Sequence record: DRR378314_1707
DNA length: 52,696 nucleotides
Reading direction: 5' to 3' (one strand)
The position numbers and the translations under genes are program-made. The notes beneath the pieces were generated by a model, which saw nothing but the letters and a program-made list of their open reading frames with translations, made no database searches and was not told where the DNA came from. Each line of letters starts with the position of its first letter. Position 1 is the stretch's first letter. Below are positions 39,061 to 48,825 of the stretch, piece after piece.

Positions 39061-39093
39061 AAAAAAAGGGCGGTCCCGGTGACCGCCCTTTTT
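39061..39093. terminator. Bidirectional intrinsic terminator
   Basis: AAAAAAAGGGCGGTC-ccggt-GACCGCCCTTTTT. Confidence 0.85.
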
Positions 39094-39106
39094 CATTTGG
39101 GGCATC

Positions 39107-39250
39107 TTAGTTGCTGATACCCAGTTCGACCGTTTCAATTGCGGGGTTGTTGCCACGCTCGATATCGTCCAGGCTAACACCTTCCGCTTGTGCGAATGCA
39201 GAGAAAGCGATTACAGAGAAAACGAGAAAGAACTTGTTGATTGCGTTCAT
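39107..39250 (-). CDS. Small secreted protein, 47 aa (not in ORF track)
   Basis: MNAINKFFLVFSVIAFSAFAQA-EGVSLDDIERGNNPAIETVELGISN*; AAGGTGGA RBS; terminator directly after. Confidence 0.75.
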   Translation of the reverse strand: MNAINKFFLVFSVIAFSAFAQAEGVSLDDIERGNNPAIETVELGISN

Positions 39251-39335
39251 TTGATATTCCACCTTTTAAGAGAATTAAGTTAAACAACGTCGCCTGATTG
39301 GCTTGATGGTTATTCTCTTGGTTTACCGCCTTTAG

Positions 39336-39378
39336 AAAAAATTGCTTTGCGGTATACAACACATCAAATGAAATGATG
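39336..39378 (-). promoter_or_regulatory. Nod-box-like LysR element, copy E
   Basis: Minus strand CATCA-TTTCATT-TGATG-TGTTGT-ATACCG-CAAAGC-AATTTTTT. Confidence 0.75.
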
Positions 39379-39409
39379 GGTTCGGACAAACGCGCCCAAT
39401 CTCGTCAAC

Positions 39410-39510
39410 CAGGCTTTCAATGTTGCCGTCAGCACCAATATGCAAAAAGTAGACGTCGTACGATCCGTCGGCGTTCTTCTTGACTCCGCTGTCCAGCATG
39501 GCGTGCGAGT
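39410..39510 (-). pseudogene. Fused gene relics: phzF-like fragment and DUF1214-like fragment
   Basis: 39410-39446 matches 39603-39639 at 31/37 nt (LHIGADGNIESL vs LHIGANGKIESL); adjacent LDSGVKKNADGSYDVYF resembles a DUF1214 motif. Confidence 0.6.
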
Positions 39511-39551
39511 AGTCAGAGCCCGGATGTATTAAACAACGTCTCTCAGAATCG

Positions 39552-40472
39552 TCAGAATTCAACTTCCGCTGTTTTTTTGAGGGCTCCCCGCCCCCCAGCA
39601 AACAGACTTTCGATCTTACCGTTAGCGCCAATATGCAAACGCACATTGATAAGGCTAGGTGAGGGCGGTGACATCCAGCGCCCTTGCTCAAGCACAAACG
39701 CCTGTTTATCGAGGCCGACATGCTCCCGCAGGTAACACGCCAACGGGCCGGCCGCCATGCCCGTTGCGGATTCTTCCTGAATGCCATACCGGGGCGCGAA
39801 CATACGGGCTCCTGCATCTCGTCCATCTGCAACACCATCGAAGGAAAATACATAAAGCCCGATCAGATCCAGAGCGTCACTGAGCTCTTCAATCAACGCA
39901 AAATCTGGCTCGAGACCCTGGATCAGACCAGCCTCGCGAATACCGACGACGACAAAACTGTTGCCCGTATTCACCAGTGTCGGCCTTGTACCGGCAATGA
40001 GATCGGCGCTGTTTATCCCGAGCGATCGTAGCACCAACCGATGATCGTCATCAGTGAGCGGCTCATAACGGGGCGCTTTTTGCTCCATATACGCTGACTC
40101 ACGCTCCATTTTGATGGATCTGCATCCATCAATGGTCTCTTTGGATGACTCATCGCTTGTCAGCAGGCCGTTCTGACTCAGGTAGCTGAATGTCGCGATC
40201 GTCGCATGACCGCAGTGAGCGATCTGCTGAGTGGGCGTAAAGAATTCCAGTTTTATGTCTGCAAGATCAGACGCAGACACAAACGCCGTTTCCGACAAGC
40301 CGACGGCTGCGGCGATCCTCTGTTTTTGTTCAGAGCTAAACCGGTCGGCATCCAACACAACGCCTGCCGGGTTGCCGCCGGAATCGCCGTCAACAAAAGC
40401 ACTCACAATCGGGACTTCAATTTTCATGGCCGGTGCTCGAGCACCTTTGATAGCAATCGCATCGAGTGACAT
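39552..40472 (-). CDS. PhzF family isomerase/epimerase
   Basis: VSAF...GGNPAGVV, LSETAFV, FFTP...CGHATIA, RMFAPRYGIQEESATG. Confidence 0.92.
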   Translation of the reverse strand: MSLDAIAIKGARAPAMKIEVPIVSAFVDGDSGGNPAGVVLDADRFSSEQKQRIAAAVGLSETAFVSASDLADIKLEFFTPTQQIAHCGHATIATFSYLSQNGLLTSDESSKETIDGCRSIKMERESAYMEQKAPRYEPLTDDDHRLVLRSLGINSADLIAGTRPTLVNTGNSFVVVGIREAGLIQGLEPDFALIEELSDALDLIGLYVFSFDGVADGRDAGARMFAPRYGIQEESATGMAAGPLACYLREHVGLDKQAFVLEQGRWMSPPSPSLINVRLHIGANGKIESLFAGGRGALKKTAEVEF

Positions 40473-40588
40473 TTGATGTTCCTCTAGTGGTTGGTGTCCT
40501 TTCATTCTTCCAACGTTCCGCACCTGGAACAAACGGATAAAATTCGTCTATGCTTAATTAAAACTTAACTATAGGCAGAATAGAGCCC

Positions 40589-41473
40589 GTGCAAAAACTA
40601 CCTCCATTAAGGGCATTACAGGCATTTCGGTACGCTGCCAGAGAGTTAAGCTTCAAGTCGGCAGCTGAGGCCTTGAACATTTCTCAGGCAGCCGTCAGCA
40701 GCCACATTCGTGGCCTGGAAGATTTTCTGGGGTTGAAGCTTTTTGTGCGCCTGACTCGTGAAGTGAGATTGACGCATGAAGGCAGGGCGCTTTCGGGGTA
40801 TGTGGAAGCAGGCTTCCAGGAGTTGGAAAGGGGTGTAGCGCGGTTTGCGCCAAACTCCGATTCCGGGCGCCTGACTGTGGCAACGGTGCCATCATTTGCC
40901 AGTCGCTGGCTTGTACCCAGAATTGATTCGTTTCAGAAAGCTCACCCTGAGATCCAGCTAAGCCTTCAACCCAATCTGCAGTTGGTTGGTTTTCAGGGTG
41001 ATGGCGTGGATCTCGCGATACGGTATGGCAGCGGTAATTATCCTGGGCTCGAGTCCAGGCTACTGCTCGAAGAAAAACTGCTGCCGGTGTGTCACAGCAT
41101 GCTTACTGATAGTGAACCTGTGACGCCTGAGAGTCTGGTAAAACTTCCGTGGCTTATCGATGAATCAATCGACATGGACAGCTCGTGGAGGGCGTTTCAG
41201 GAAGAACTCGGCATTGAAATACCTGACAGTTCCATAACACTTCGAGTGACCGAGGGAGCGACACTTGTCGAGGCTGTGCTTGCCGGCAGAGGTATTGCGT
41301 TGATGCGATACAGCCTTGTTGCCGATCTCCTTAAAGCTGGCTTGCTTCAGAGCCCGATCGAAATTTCGGTCCCGGCAGAATACCAATACTACCTGGTTGC
41401 ACCAGAAGCGAAATTCCGAACGGACAAGGTTCGCGCGTTTGTTTCGTGGATTATGGGCGAAGTAGGTTCTTAA
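40589..41473 (+). CDS. LysR family regulator (GcvA-like)
   Basis: LPPLRALQAF...SFKSAAEALNISQAAVS; PSFASRWLVPR. Confidence 0.93.
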   Translation: MQKLPPLRALQAFRYAARELSFKSAAEALNISQAAVSSHIRGLEDFLGLKLFVRLTREVRLTHEGRALSGYVEAGFQELERGVARFAPNSDSGRLTVATVPSFASRWLVPRIDSFQKAHPEIQLSLQPNLQLVGFQGDGVDLAIRYGSGNYPGLESRLLLEEKLLPVCHSMLTDSEPVTPESLVKLPWLIDESIDMDSSWRAFQEELGIEIPDSSITLRVTEGATLVEAVLAGRGIALMRYSLVADLLKAGLLQSPIEISVPAEYQYYLVAPEAKFRTDKVRAFVSWIMGEVGS

Positions 41474-41961
41474 TCACTCAAACTCATTTTGGCCAACTGG
41501 AATGGGAGCAATTTTCTTTCATTATCCAGCGATAGAACTTCGAGCTCATGAAAGAGGCTTTCATTGAGATACTCGTATGTCCACAGATAATCAAACCCGT
41601 GTCTTTGCGCCTCATACCGATCAGATAAAAATATGACATTTGAAATCTTTGCCATACGAATTGTCATGTAGCAGAGCGCGCACGGCTCTCCTGACGCAAT
41701 GAGTGTGGTGCCCGCAAGGCCGACGCTTTTTATGTTCCGGGAAGCCTCCCTGATAGCCTGGATTTCAGCATGAGCAGTGCAGTCTAAATGATTGGCGACC
41801 TGATTGACCCCCCTGCCAATAATTTCACCACTTTGATCGACGATAACCGCAGAGAAGGGCGGGCTACCTTTCACAACATTACTGATAGCCAGTTCAAGAG
41901 CGCTGTTTGCGCACGCCATGAGGCGTGCTTCAGCAATAGAATTACACATCAGTGAATTCAT
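41470..41961 (-). CDS. Nucleoside/guanine deaminase (CDA superfamily)
   Basis: PFSAVIV, TAHAEIQAIR, EPCALC zinc motif. Confidence 0.88.
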   Translation of the reverse strand: MNSLMCNSIAEARLMACANSALELAISNVVKGSPPFSAVIVDQSGEIIGRGVNQVANHLDCTAHAEIQAIREASRNIKSVGLAGTTLIASGEPCALCYMTIRMAKISNVIFLSDRYEAQRHGFDYLWTYEYLNESLFHELEVLSLDNERKLLPFQLAKMSLSD

Positions 41962-42646
41962 GATTCGATGAGGAAGCTAGGTTCGCAGAGCATAGTTCGA
42001 ATGCGATACTCTCGGCTCGGCCCTTTGCTTCCGCGACAGACATCCGATGCCTCTCGTCCCCAAATTCCTGGTACTCGGCAGCAATCTCGTAGACTGTGTC
42101 TACGCCAAGATACTTGCTCAGCGTGCGCAGGTGCGGTGCCAGGTGACCAGCATCCTCTCTTATTCCACCCTTTTCAAAGCCGAACTCTCCACTGGAAGTG
42201 ACTATGATCAGAGTTTTACCTGAGAGCAGGGGCTGCAAGGGGAAGTCTCCTCGCGAGAGATCAAAATCAAACGTTTTGTCTATGCGCACGATTTGATCGA
42301 ACCAGGCCTTCAGGTGAGCGGGCATGCCATAGTTATACATTGGTGAGGAAATCAGGATAACGTCGGCTTTGGTCACTTCCGCTATAAGCGTGTCCGAAAG
42401 CGCGAGTTCTTCTCTCTGCGCCGGAGTCCGCTTTTCCTCAGGGGTGAACACCGCGCCAATCCAGTCCTGTGTAATAAAATCAGGTGGATTCACCCCAACG
42501 TCACGATAGATATAGTCATCCTCGGGCCGATTCTGTTGCCAGGTTTCAATAAAGCGACGAGCGATGTTCTTCGATATGGAATCGTGATCCGGGTTCGGGT
42601 TGTTTGCGGCTCTAACGCTTGAGTCGATGTGTAATAGAGTGCTCAT
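41942..42646 (-). CDS. FMN-dependent NADH-azoreductase
   Basis: LLHIDSS, SPMYNYGMPAHLKAWFDQIVR; GAGGGA before ATG 42646. Confidence 0.9.
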   Translation of the reverse strand: MSTLLHIDSSVRAANNPNPDHDSISKNIARRFIETWQQNRPEDDYIYRDVGVNPPDFITQDWIGAVFTPEEKRTPAQREELALSDTLIAEVTKADVILISSPMYNYGMPAHLKAWFDQIVRIDKTFDFDLSRGDFPLQPLLSGKTLIIVTSSGEFGFEKGGIREDAGHLAPHLRTLSKYLGVDTVYEIAAEYQEFGDERHRMSVAEAKGRAESIAFELCSANLASSSNHEFTDV

Positions 42647-42785
42647 TTTGCTTCCCTCGGTTGGTGAATAACAGGGGGTATTTTGTGAGCCTATTGGGAC
42701 TGCGACAAACGAAAAGAATGCACTTACAGATGAGTTAAAATCATCTAGAATAATCTTACCCTCGTTGTAGATTCGGAGATTACGT

Positions 42786-43637
42786 GTGCAGGTATCGTTA
42801 CAGGCACTAAAAGCCTTTGAGGCGGCTGCCCGCCTGGGAAGCTTTAAATTGGCTGCAGAGGAGCTCTCGCTGACGCCGACCGCTATTTCACACCACATTG
42901 CCAACCTGGAAGGTCGGCTTAATGTAAGTCTGTTTCATAGGCAGGGGAGACGGATATCGATCACCGGAACAGGTTCAAGATTGGCAAAAGCCACCTCCGA
43001 AGGATTTCAGACAATTGACAGTGCTCTGGAAGAGGTGATGGAGGCTGGCAGTGCCGTCAGGGTGACAACAACATCATCCTTGGCGGCCATGGTGCTGATC
43101 CCTTCCCAGCATGAGTTTGAGCAAGCCAACCCGGATATTTCTGTCGAAATTTCGACAAGCGAGTCTGTCGAAAACCAGCCCTACATTATTCCGATCCGGC
43201 TCGGCGATGCCTTGACTGTTCAGAAAGCTGATGTCGTCAAATCCGAGTCGTTCAATGTGTTTGGCGCGTATGGCAAGGCGCCGCCCGCGTGGGCAAATGA
43301 GACCATTACCGTGTTTACAACCGAGTGGAAAAATAGATCGCTACCGGATCCTCCATTCGGCGCCTGGTTGAAAAAAAATGGACTGGGTGGGGCCGATATA
43401 AGACTCAAAAAGTTTGATCAAGAGATATTCGGAATCCAGCAGGCAATGGCGGAAAACGGACTGGTGTTTTGTTCGACAACGCTGACTGCAAGGTTGTCAA
43501 AGTCCAAACTTCTACACCAGTTTGAAACTCAGCCGGTAGAGTCAAACCTTTGCTATTACGTACCAAACAAGAACAGCTTTGAGACCCGCGGTGCGGTCAG
43601 GTTTCTGAAGTGGATGGAAGATACTTTGAACCAGTAG
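42786..43637 (+). CDS. LysR family regulator
   Basis: LKAFEAAARLGSFKLAAEELSLTPTAISH; divergent from azoreductase. Confidence 0.9.
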   Translation: MQVSLQALKAFEAAARLGSFKLAAEELSLTPTAISHHIANLEGRLNVSLFHRQGRRISITGTGSRLAKATSEGFQTIDSALEEVMEAGSAVRVTTTSSLAAMVLIPSQHEFEQANPDISVEISTSESVENQPYIIPIRLGDALTVQKADVVKSESFNVFGAYGKAPPAWANETITVFTTEWKNRSLPDPPFGAWLKKNGLGGADIRLKKFDQEIFGIQQAMAENGLVFCSTTLTARLSKSKLLHQFETQPVESNLCYYVPNKNSFETRGAVRFLKWMEDTLNQ

Positions 43638-43754
43638 TTCGTACGTAAACTTCTTAATTCGGCGTCAAGATCATTGAAGAGACCTTCCCGTAACATTCTG
43701 GCCGCCCTGATCGTCAAAGTAATGACTATCGTTGATTAAGTTCGGGAGGGCGCC

Positions 43755-44099
43755 ATGACCGGTTTAACTCAGGTATCGCAGGGAAACTATATACCGACAC
43801 AAGGAATGAAGGAGCTTTTGCGGCGGTGGTTTTATCTGAAATTCGTCCAGAAAAAGAGCACCGTTGAATTGATGGCCACAGCCTGCGATCTTCGCAATAA
43901 AAGCGCGTTGAGTATTGTGGCGATGCTGGACGTTGATGAGCAGATGATCTCTCAAGTGGTGGGTAAGAAAAGGCTCATTTTTGTTCAGAACTGCCACGCG
44001 TACCTGAAGGGCTCAGTAAAGCCTGCGGGGTTGGATTCCGGCTTTTTGAACGACTCATATCTGAATCAAAAAAATCCGCTGATCAACCACCAAATGTGA
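43755..44099 (+). CDS. Hypothetical protein
   Basis: GGGAGGG RBS before ATG; fills intergenic gap; no recognised motif. Confidence 0.4.
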   Translation: MTGLTQVSQGNYIPTQGMKELLRRWFYLKFVQKKSTVELMATACDLRNKSALSIVAMLDVDEQMISQVVGKKRLIFVQNCHAYLKGSVKPAGLDSGFLNDSYLNQKNPLINHQM

Positions 44100-44164
44100 C
44101 TCTGCAAACCGCACATATTTTATGAACTGTGAGGACGGGAGTTTGCCACTATTCGCACGATTTT

Positions 44165-45220
44165 CTACGATATTTTTACTAGGTAGGTCGGCAAAGAAGG
44201 TTCTGGAATAACGGACAAGGACTTCATCCTTTCAAGGGTCCTGATCTCTGCATTCAAAAGATGGTTATGAAGATGCTCCGATGCATCGGAGTGTTTCCCA
44301 GAGATCAGCGATTCAATAACGGCAAGGTGCTCCCGTATGCCAGGATTTTCAACTGACGCTTTCACGGCGTCGCTGAACACTAGACCTACCACCAAGGGTG
44401 TCAAACTTTGATTGATAAACTTGGCGATCTTTTTATTCGGGTTGAATGAGTGGCATCGCTGATGTAGGTCAACTTCAATCGTCTCCAAAAGCCTCTGATT
44501 TTTGCCCTCTGGGCTTTGAGTAAGTGCTTCCTGAAGGCGAAGTTTCATCTGCTGAAGGAGTTCAATCGGAATTAATGGTCCACAGGTTGTCAGGGAGTAA
44601 GGCTCTAACAGCCTTCTTGTTTCATAATCCTGTTTTACATCCCGAGCCGTGAGCGGCCCTGTAATCCAGTGCCCGGTAATGTCTTTTCCTACAAGCCCTT
44701 CGTCCATCAGTTTGCCGAGAATTTCCCTCGAGATCGTTCTGCTGACTCCAAAATGCTGAGAATGCTTTTCAGAGCGGATCCTGAATTGACCAAACGTCAT
44801 AGCGATTGAGGTGGATCTTTTAGTTGCTCTGTAGACATCGTCAATAATATTTGACTCTGAGCGAGCGTTGTCCTGGGCTCTGTCGTCCAAACCAAGCGTG
44901 TCTGGACGAATATCCTCCCTCAGGATGATGTCGGAGTTGTCGGTTTTGTAGCCTCTGCCTTCGAACTTAAACAGCTTGCCTTCTTCATGCAACTCGGCCA
45001 GGGCACGCCTTACCGGGGCTCGACTTGTGTTGAAGATCTCAGCGATTGGTCTCTCGAGAATAACCTGTCCTTCCGGAAAAGCGCCCCTTTCAAGCGCCGC
45101 CTCCAGTGCGTCCTTGATGACCTCAAAATTCGGTTTTTTCCCACTAGCCCTTTGTTTTGCCAATGCCTTTTTCCTCCCGAAACGCTTGTCGGAGCATAGC
45201 GACTTTGCACTGTAATGCAA
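44165..45220 (-). CDS. GntR family regulator with two wHTH-like regions and an FCD domain
   Basis: ERPIAEIFNTSRAPVRRAL; HFGVSRTISREIL; EHLAVIESL; start uncertain. Confidence 0.85.
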   Translation of the reverse strand: MHYSAKSLCSDKRFGRKKALAKQRASGKKPNFEVIKDALEAALERGAFPEGQVILERPIAEIFNTSRAPVRRALAELHEEGKLFKFEGRGYKTDNSDIILREDIRPDTLGLDDRAQDNARSESNIIDDVYRATKRSTSIAMTFGQFRIRSEKHSQHFGVSRTISREILGKLMDEGLVGKDITGHWITGPLTARDVKQDYETRRLLEPYSLTTCGPLIPIELLQQMKLRLQEALTQSPEGKNQRLLETIEVDLHQRCHSFNPNKKIAKFINQSLTPLVVGLVFSDAVKASVENPGIREHLAVIESLISGKHSDASEHLHNHLLNAEIRTLERMKSLSVIPEPSLPTYLVKIS

Positions 45221-45321
45221 ATTGGACCTAACAGAGATACGTTAATCACAAATAGGTATTGCATCCAATAGTCATTTTAAGCTACCTTTCAAAAATAGAA
45301 CAATACCTGGAAGGCACTGTG

Positions 45322-46734
45322 ATGAGAATTTGCGAAATTCTTCGTGAGGGGTCCCTGAAAAGTCTAATCGAGACTCTTGGCCTTGATATGAGGTCTGGGC
45401 GGTTAAGTCCAGTCGATGTTCTTAGGGAAACCCGGTTTAAACAGGGGTATTCCAAAAACCAGGGAATCCTGGTGAAACCTTTGGGAGAGGCCGCTTTTGC
45501 ACACGCCCGCTCTAGTGAGAAACGGTACCTAAATGACGAACAGTTTGGTTTGCTCGATGGCATTCCATTCGGAGTAAAAGATCTCATTGATGTAGAAGGG
45601 TGCACTACCTCCCGAGGCTCTCTTATTTACAGGAATGCGCCGCCAGCGAAGAGAAATGCTGAGGCCGTTGAGAGACTTGGTTTTCAGGGAATGGTGTTCG
45701 GCGGGAAGACAAATCTGTCCGAGTTGGCGTTTTCAGGAATTGGGACAAACGACTTATTTGGCACTCCCATTAATCCGAGAGCAACTACCGGGAAGTACAT
45801 CACGGGTGGTTCGTCCTCGGGAAGTGCCGCAGGTGTCGCCTCAGGACTCTGGCCCGTGGCACTGGGTACGGATACCTCGGGATCGTCCCGGATCCCCGCT
45901 GCGTTTTGTGGTGTCGTCGGATTCAAGCCGTCTTTCGATAGATACCCTTTGAGGGGAGTGGCCCCTCTGGCCCCCTCCCTGGATCATTTGGGCATCAATT
46001 CCCTAACCGTGCAGGACTGCATCATTCTGGATCAGGCCCTGAGAGGTCTGGCCCCCATACCGAAAGTTCGAATGCTCTCCGAGCAAACCGAGTTTCTGGT
46101 GCCACGGAATAAATCGATCCAACCACGTGATCCGCACATCAAAGACAATTTCGATAAAACCCTGGACCTGTTGTCCAACCTTGGGTTCGAGATTCACGAA
46201 GTTGATTTTTCACCCTATGCCGAAGTTGACCGGCTCTTCGAAATACATGGAAGCCTGGTCGCCCATGAGGCCGCCCAGCAGTACGACGCATTATTTGAGA
46301 ATGGACTGACTTCACATATCGACCCGAAGATTTTGCAGAGACTGAAAGAGGGAACGTTACTCAATCGGAAGAGCTATGCACTCTTGCAGAAGATAAGAAG
46401 AAACCTGCGAGCGGAGCTGTCTTCCAGCATTGGTAACAAGATCCTTCTCCAACCGACAGTAAAAATACTACCGCCTGCTATTGAATCGGTGCTACAGGGC
46501 GTCGAGGAATTCAAGGCGTTCAACAAACTCATCCTCGGCAACACGATGTACGCGAATTACCTTGGGATGCCAGCGATAGCCATTCCAAATGGCCACGCCC
46601 CCAATGGGTTTTCGACGTCTATCCAGCTGTCAGCAGCGTCCGGCAAGGACGATTTCCTTCTCAAGACTGCGCTGTTTCTGGAGGCAGCGCTATCAAAACA
46701 AAACATTTACACACCAGACACAGTGTCTCATTGA
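45322..46734 (+). CDS. Amidase-signature family enzyme
   Basis: [32 protein letters not shown]. Confidence 0.92.
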   Translation: MRICEILREGSLKSLIETLGLDMRSGRLSPVDVLRETRFKQGYSKNQGILVKPLGEAAFAHARSSEKRYLNDEQFGLLDGIPFGVKDLIDVEGCTTSRGSLIYRNAPPAKRNAEAVERLGFQGMVFGGKTNLSELAFSGIGTNDLFGTPINPRATTGKYITGGSSSGSAAGVASGLWPVALGTDTSGSSRIPAAFCGVVGFKPSFDRYPLRGVAPLAPSLDHLGINSLTVQDCIILDQALRGLAPIPKVRMLSEQTEFLVPRNKSIQPRDPHIKDNFDKTLDLLSNLGFEIHEVDFSPYAEVDRLFEIHGSLVAHEAAQQYDALFENGLTSHIDPKILQRLKEGTLLNRKSYALLQKIRRNLRAELSSSIGNKILLQPTVKILPPAIESVLQGVEEFKAFNKLILGNTMYANYLGMPAIAIPNGHAPNGFSTSIQLSAASGKDDFLLKTALFLEAALSKQNIYTPDTVSH

Positions 46735-46744
46735 GGTGATACCG

Positions 46745-47611
46745 ATGAAAAAAATAATGGTTGCTTATGGAGTAGATCTTGATGCCGTCGCCGGTTGGCT
46801 TGGTTCCTACGGAGGAGAGGACTCACCTAGCGATATCTCCAGAGGCGTTTTCGCGGGCGAAGTCGGCACTCCGCGACTGATTGATCTGTTTGATCGGTTC
46901 GGGATAAAAGCTTCCTGGTTTGTTCCTGGTCACTCGATTGAAAGCTTTCCAAATCAATTTATGGAAATAGTCGAGGCAGGGCACGAGGTTGGGTTGCACG
47001 GCTACAGTCACGAAAATCCTATTTCAATGACGTACGAGCAAGAGCGTGATGTCCTGGATAAGTCCATCGAATTGGTGGAGCGCTTCAGCGGACAGCGTCC
47101 GGTTGGGTACGTCGCACCATGGTGGGAATTCAGCAAAAACACCGCCGATCTTTTGCTTTCTCGCGGCATCAAGTACGACCACAGCTTGATGCACCACGAC
47201 TTCCAACCCTATTACTTAAGAAAGAATGATCGTTGGACGAAGATCGACTACTCAAAGGATGCCGCAGAGTGGATGAAACCGATCGAAAGAGGGGAGGTGA
47301 CTGACCTCCTTGAGATCCCTGCCAATTGGTACCTGGACGATGAAGTCCCAATGATGTTTGTGAAAAACCAGGCAAACAGCCATGGGTTTGTCACACCAAG
47401 GCAAATTGAAGAGTTGTGGAAGGACCAGTTTGATTGGGTTTATCGAGAATACGATTTTGCGGTTTTTCCAATGACGATCCATCCAGATGTTTCGGGACGA
47501 CCTCAAGTCCTTCTTATGCACGAAAGGTTAATTGATTACATGTTAAGCCACGAGGGTGTTGAGTTCTGTACTTTTAAAGAAATTATGGAACAAGCACCGT
47601 CCTATATGTGA
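46745..47611 (+). CDS. Polysaccharide deacetylase family hydrolase (HpPgdA/PuuE-like)
   Basis: [47 protein letters not shown]. Confidence 0.9.
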   Translation: MKKIMVAYGVDLDAVAGWLGSYGGEDSPSDISRGVFAGEVGTPRLIDLFDRFGIKASWFVPGHSIESFPNQFMEIVEAGHEVGLHGYSHENPISMTYEQERDVLDKSIELVERFSGQRPVGYVAPWWEFSKNTADLLLSRGIKYDHSLMHHDFQPYYLRKNDRWTKIDYSKDAAEWMKPIERGEVTDLLEIPANWYLDDEVPMMFVKNQANSHGFVTPRQIEELWKDQFDWVYREYDFAVFPMTIHPDVSGRPQVLLMHERLIDYMLSHEGVEFCTFKEIMEQAPSYM

Positions 47612-47624
47612 AATGGAGTATGTG

Positions 47625-48797
47625 ATGAAGACTATAAAAAATAGCAACACAGAAGAATTAACAGTCTTGGGAACATCAGTTACGCACCTGGAAGTAATAA
47701 AGAAGAAGGCTGAGTCAGATCTTGGATTTCCCATTAAGTACATCACATTGGACGGCACTGAGGCGCAGCGGGTTGCTGCGCTAAGTCCCCAGAAGTTTGA
47801 TGTATACGATCAGTGGTTTCACGACCTGGATTTGATTTGGCCGACTAAAAGCTTACAAGCGATAGACATCAACAAGATTGCCCATTGGGATGACATATCT
47901 GAGTCCCTCAATAGTTTGAAAGTCTCTTGGGACTCCAAGGGGACTCCCGGAGGGAATCCATTTTCAAGACTTTTTATCGATTCAGCGGACCGTTTAACCG
48001 GGGATTGCACGGAAAATTTGAGCATGTTGCCAACGGTCTACAACGCCGACACTTTTGCCATGGTCGGCAAGAAAATGGACTACGCCAATAGTTGGGCAGC
48101 TTTGTTTAATCCCGAATTTTCCGGTCAGGTTGGCATCCAGAATGATGCGGCAATCGGTGTCATCGACTGTTATCTCGCCTACCAATCGTACTCCGGGAAA
48201 AGTTTTAAGGATGCGGGAAACTTCGAAATTCCTGAAATAGATGAATTGATCGATTTTCTTTTGCGGTTAAAAAAGAAAAAGCATTTCGCACAGTTCTGGA
48301 AAGAAGAATCCGAAGTGGCTAATGCAATCAACTCTAAACGAGTTCAAATATCCAGTATGTGGTGGCAAGGATTTGTTTATCTTCGCCGCCTCGGAATAAA
48401 CATCAATATGTGTACACCAAAAGAGGGATATCGAGGCTGGTTTGGCGGGCTCTCAATATCCAGTGAAGCGCAAGGTAAAAAACTTGATATGGCATATCGT
48501 TACCTGAATTGGTGGCTTGATGGATTTGCCGGCGCTTCGATGACAAGAAACGGTGCATATGTTGCGAACCCGAAAAGCACCAAGAAGTTTCTGGAAAAAG
48601 ATGAATGGAATTATTGGTACGAAGGTCGCGAGACCAAAAAATCTCTTAAAGATCCGTTTGGCAACAAAATCATTGACCCAGGGGAGGTGCACGAAGGCGG
48701 AAACTATCTCGAGCGTAGATCAAATATAGCAATTTGGAATTCGGTGATGGACGAACACAACTATCTCTCAAGACGGTGGTTGGACGTCCAAGAATGA
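47625..48797 (+). CDS. Solute-binding protein homolog (PotD-like) lacking a signal peptide
   Basis: LPTVYNAD, SWAALF, PKEGYRGW, YLNWWLDG, WNSVMDEHNYL; no hydrophobic or RR N-terminus. Confidence 0.8.
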   Translation: MKTIKNSNTEELTVLGTSVTHLEVIKKKAESDLGFPIKYITLDGTEAQRVAALSPQKFDVYDQWFHDLDLIWPTKSLQAIDINKIAHWDDISESLNSLKVSWDSKGTPGGNPFSRLFIDSADRLTGDCTENLSMLPTVYNADTFAMVGKKMDYANSWAALFNPEFSGQVGIQNDAAIGVIDCYLAYQSYSGKSFKDAGNFEIPEIDELIDFLLRLKKKKHFAQFWKEESEVANAINSKRVQISSMWWQGFVYLRRLGININMCTPKEGYRGWFGGLSISSEAQGKKLDMAYRYLNWWLDGFAGASMTRNGAYVANPKSTKKFLEKDEWNYWYEGRETKKSLKDPFGNKIIDPGEVHEGGNYLERRSNIAIWNSVMDEHNYLSRRWLDVQE

Positions 48798-48825
48798 AGT
48801 TTGATCAAACTACAAGGATAAGGCT

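Noticed and set aside
39332-39853. 173-aa minus-strand ORF
   Set aside because: Chimeric read-through overlapping phzF out of frame, gene relics and a regulatory element
41942-42904. Long N-terminal extension of the azoreductase (similarly 12125..13111, 20931..21371, 46589..47611)
   Set aside because: Extensions overlap neighbouring genes or promoters; downstream starts have an RBS and match family N-termini
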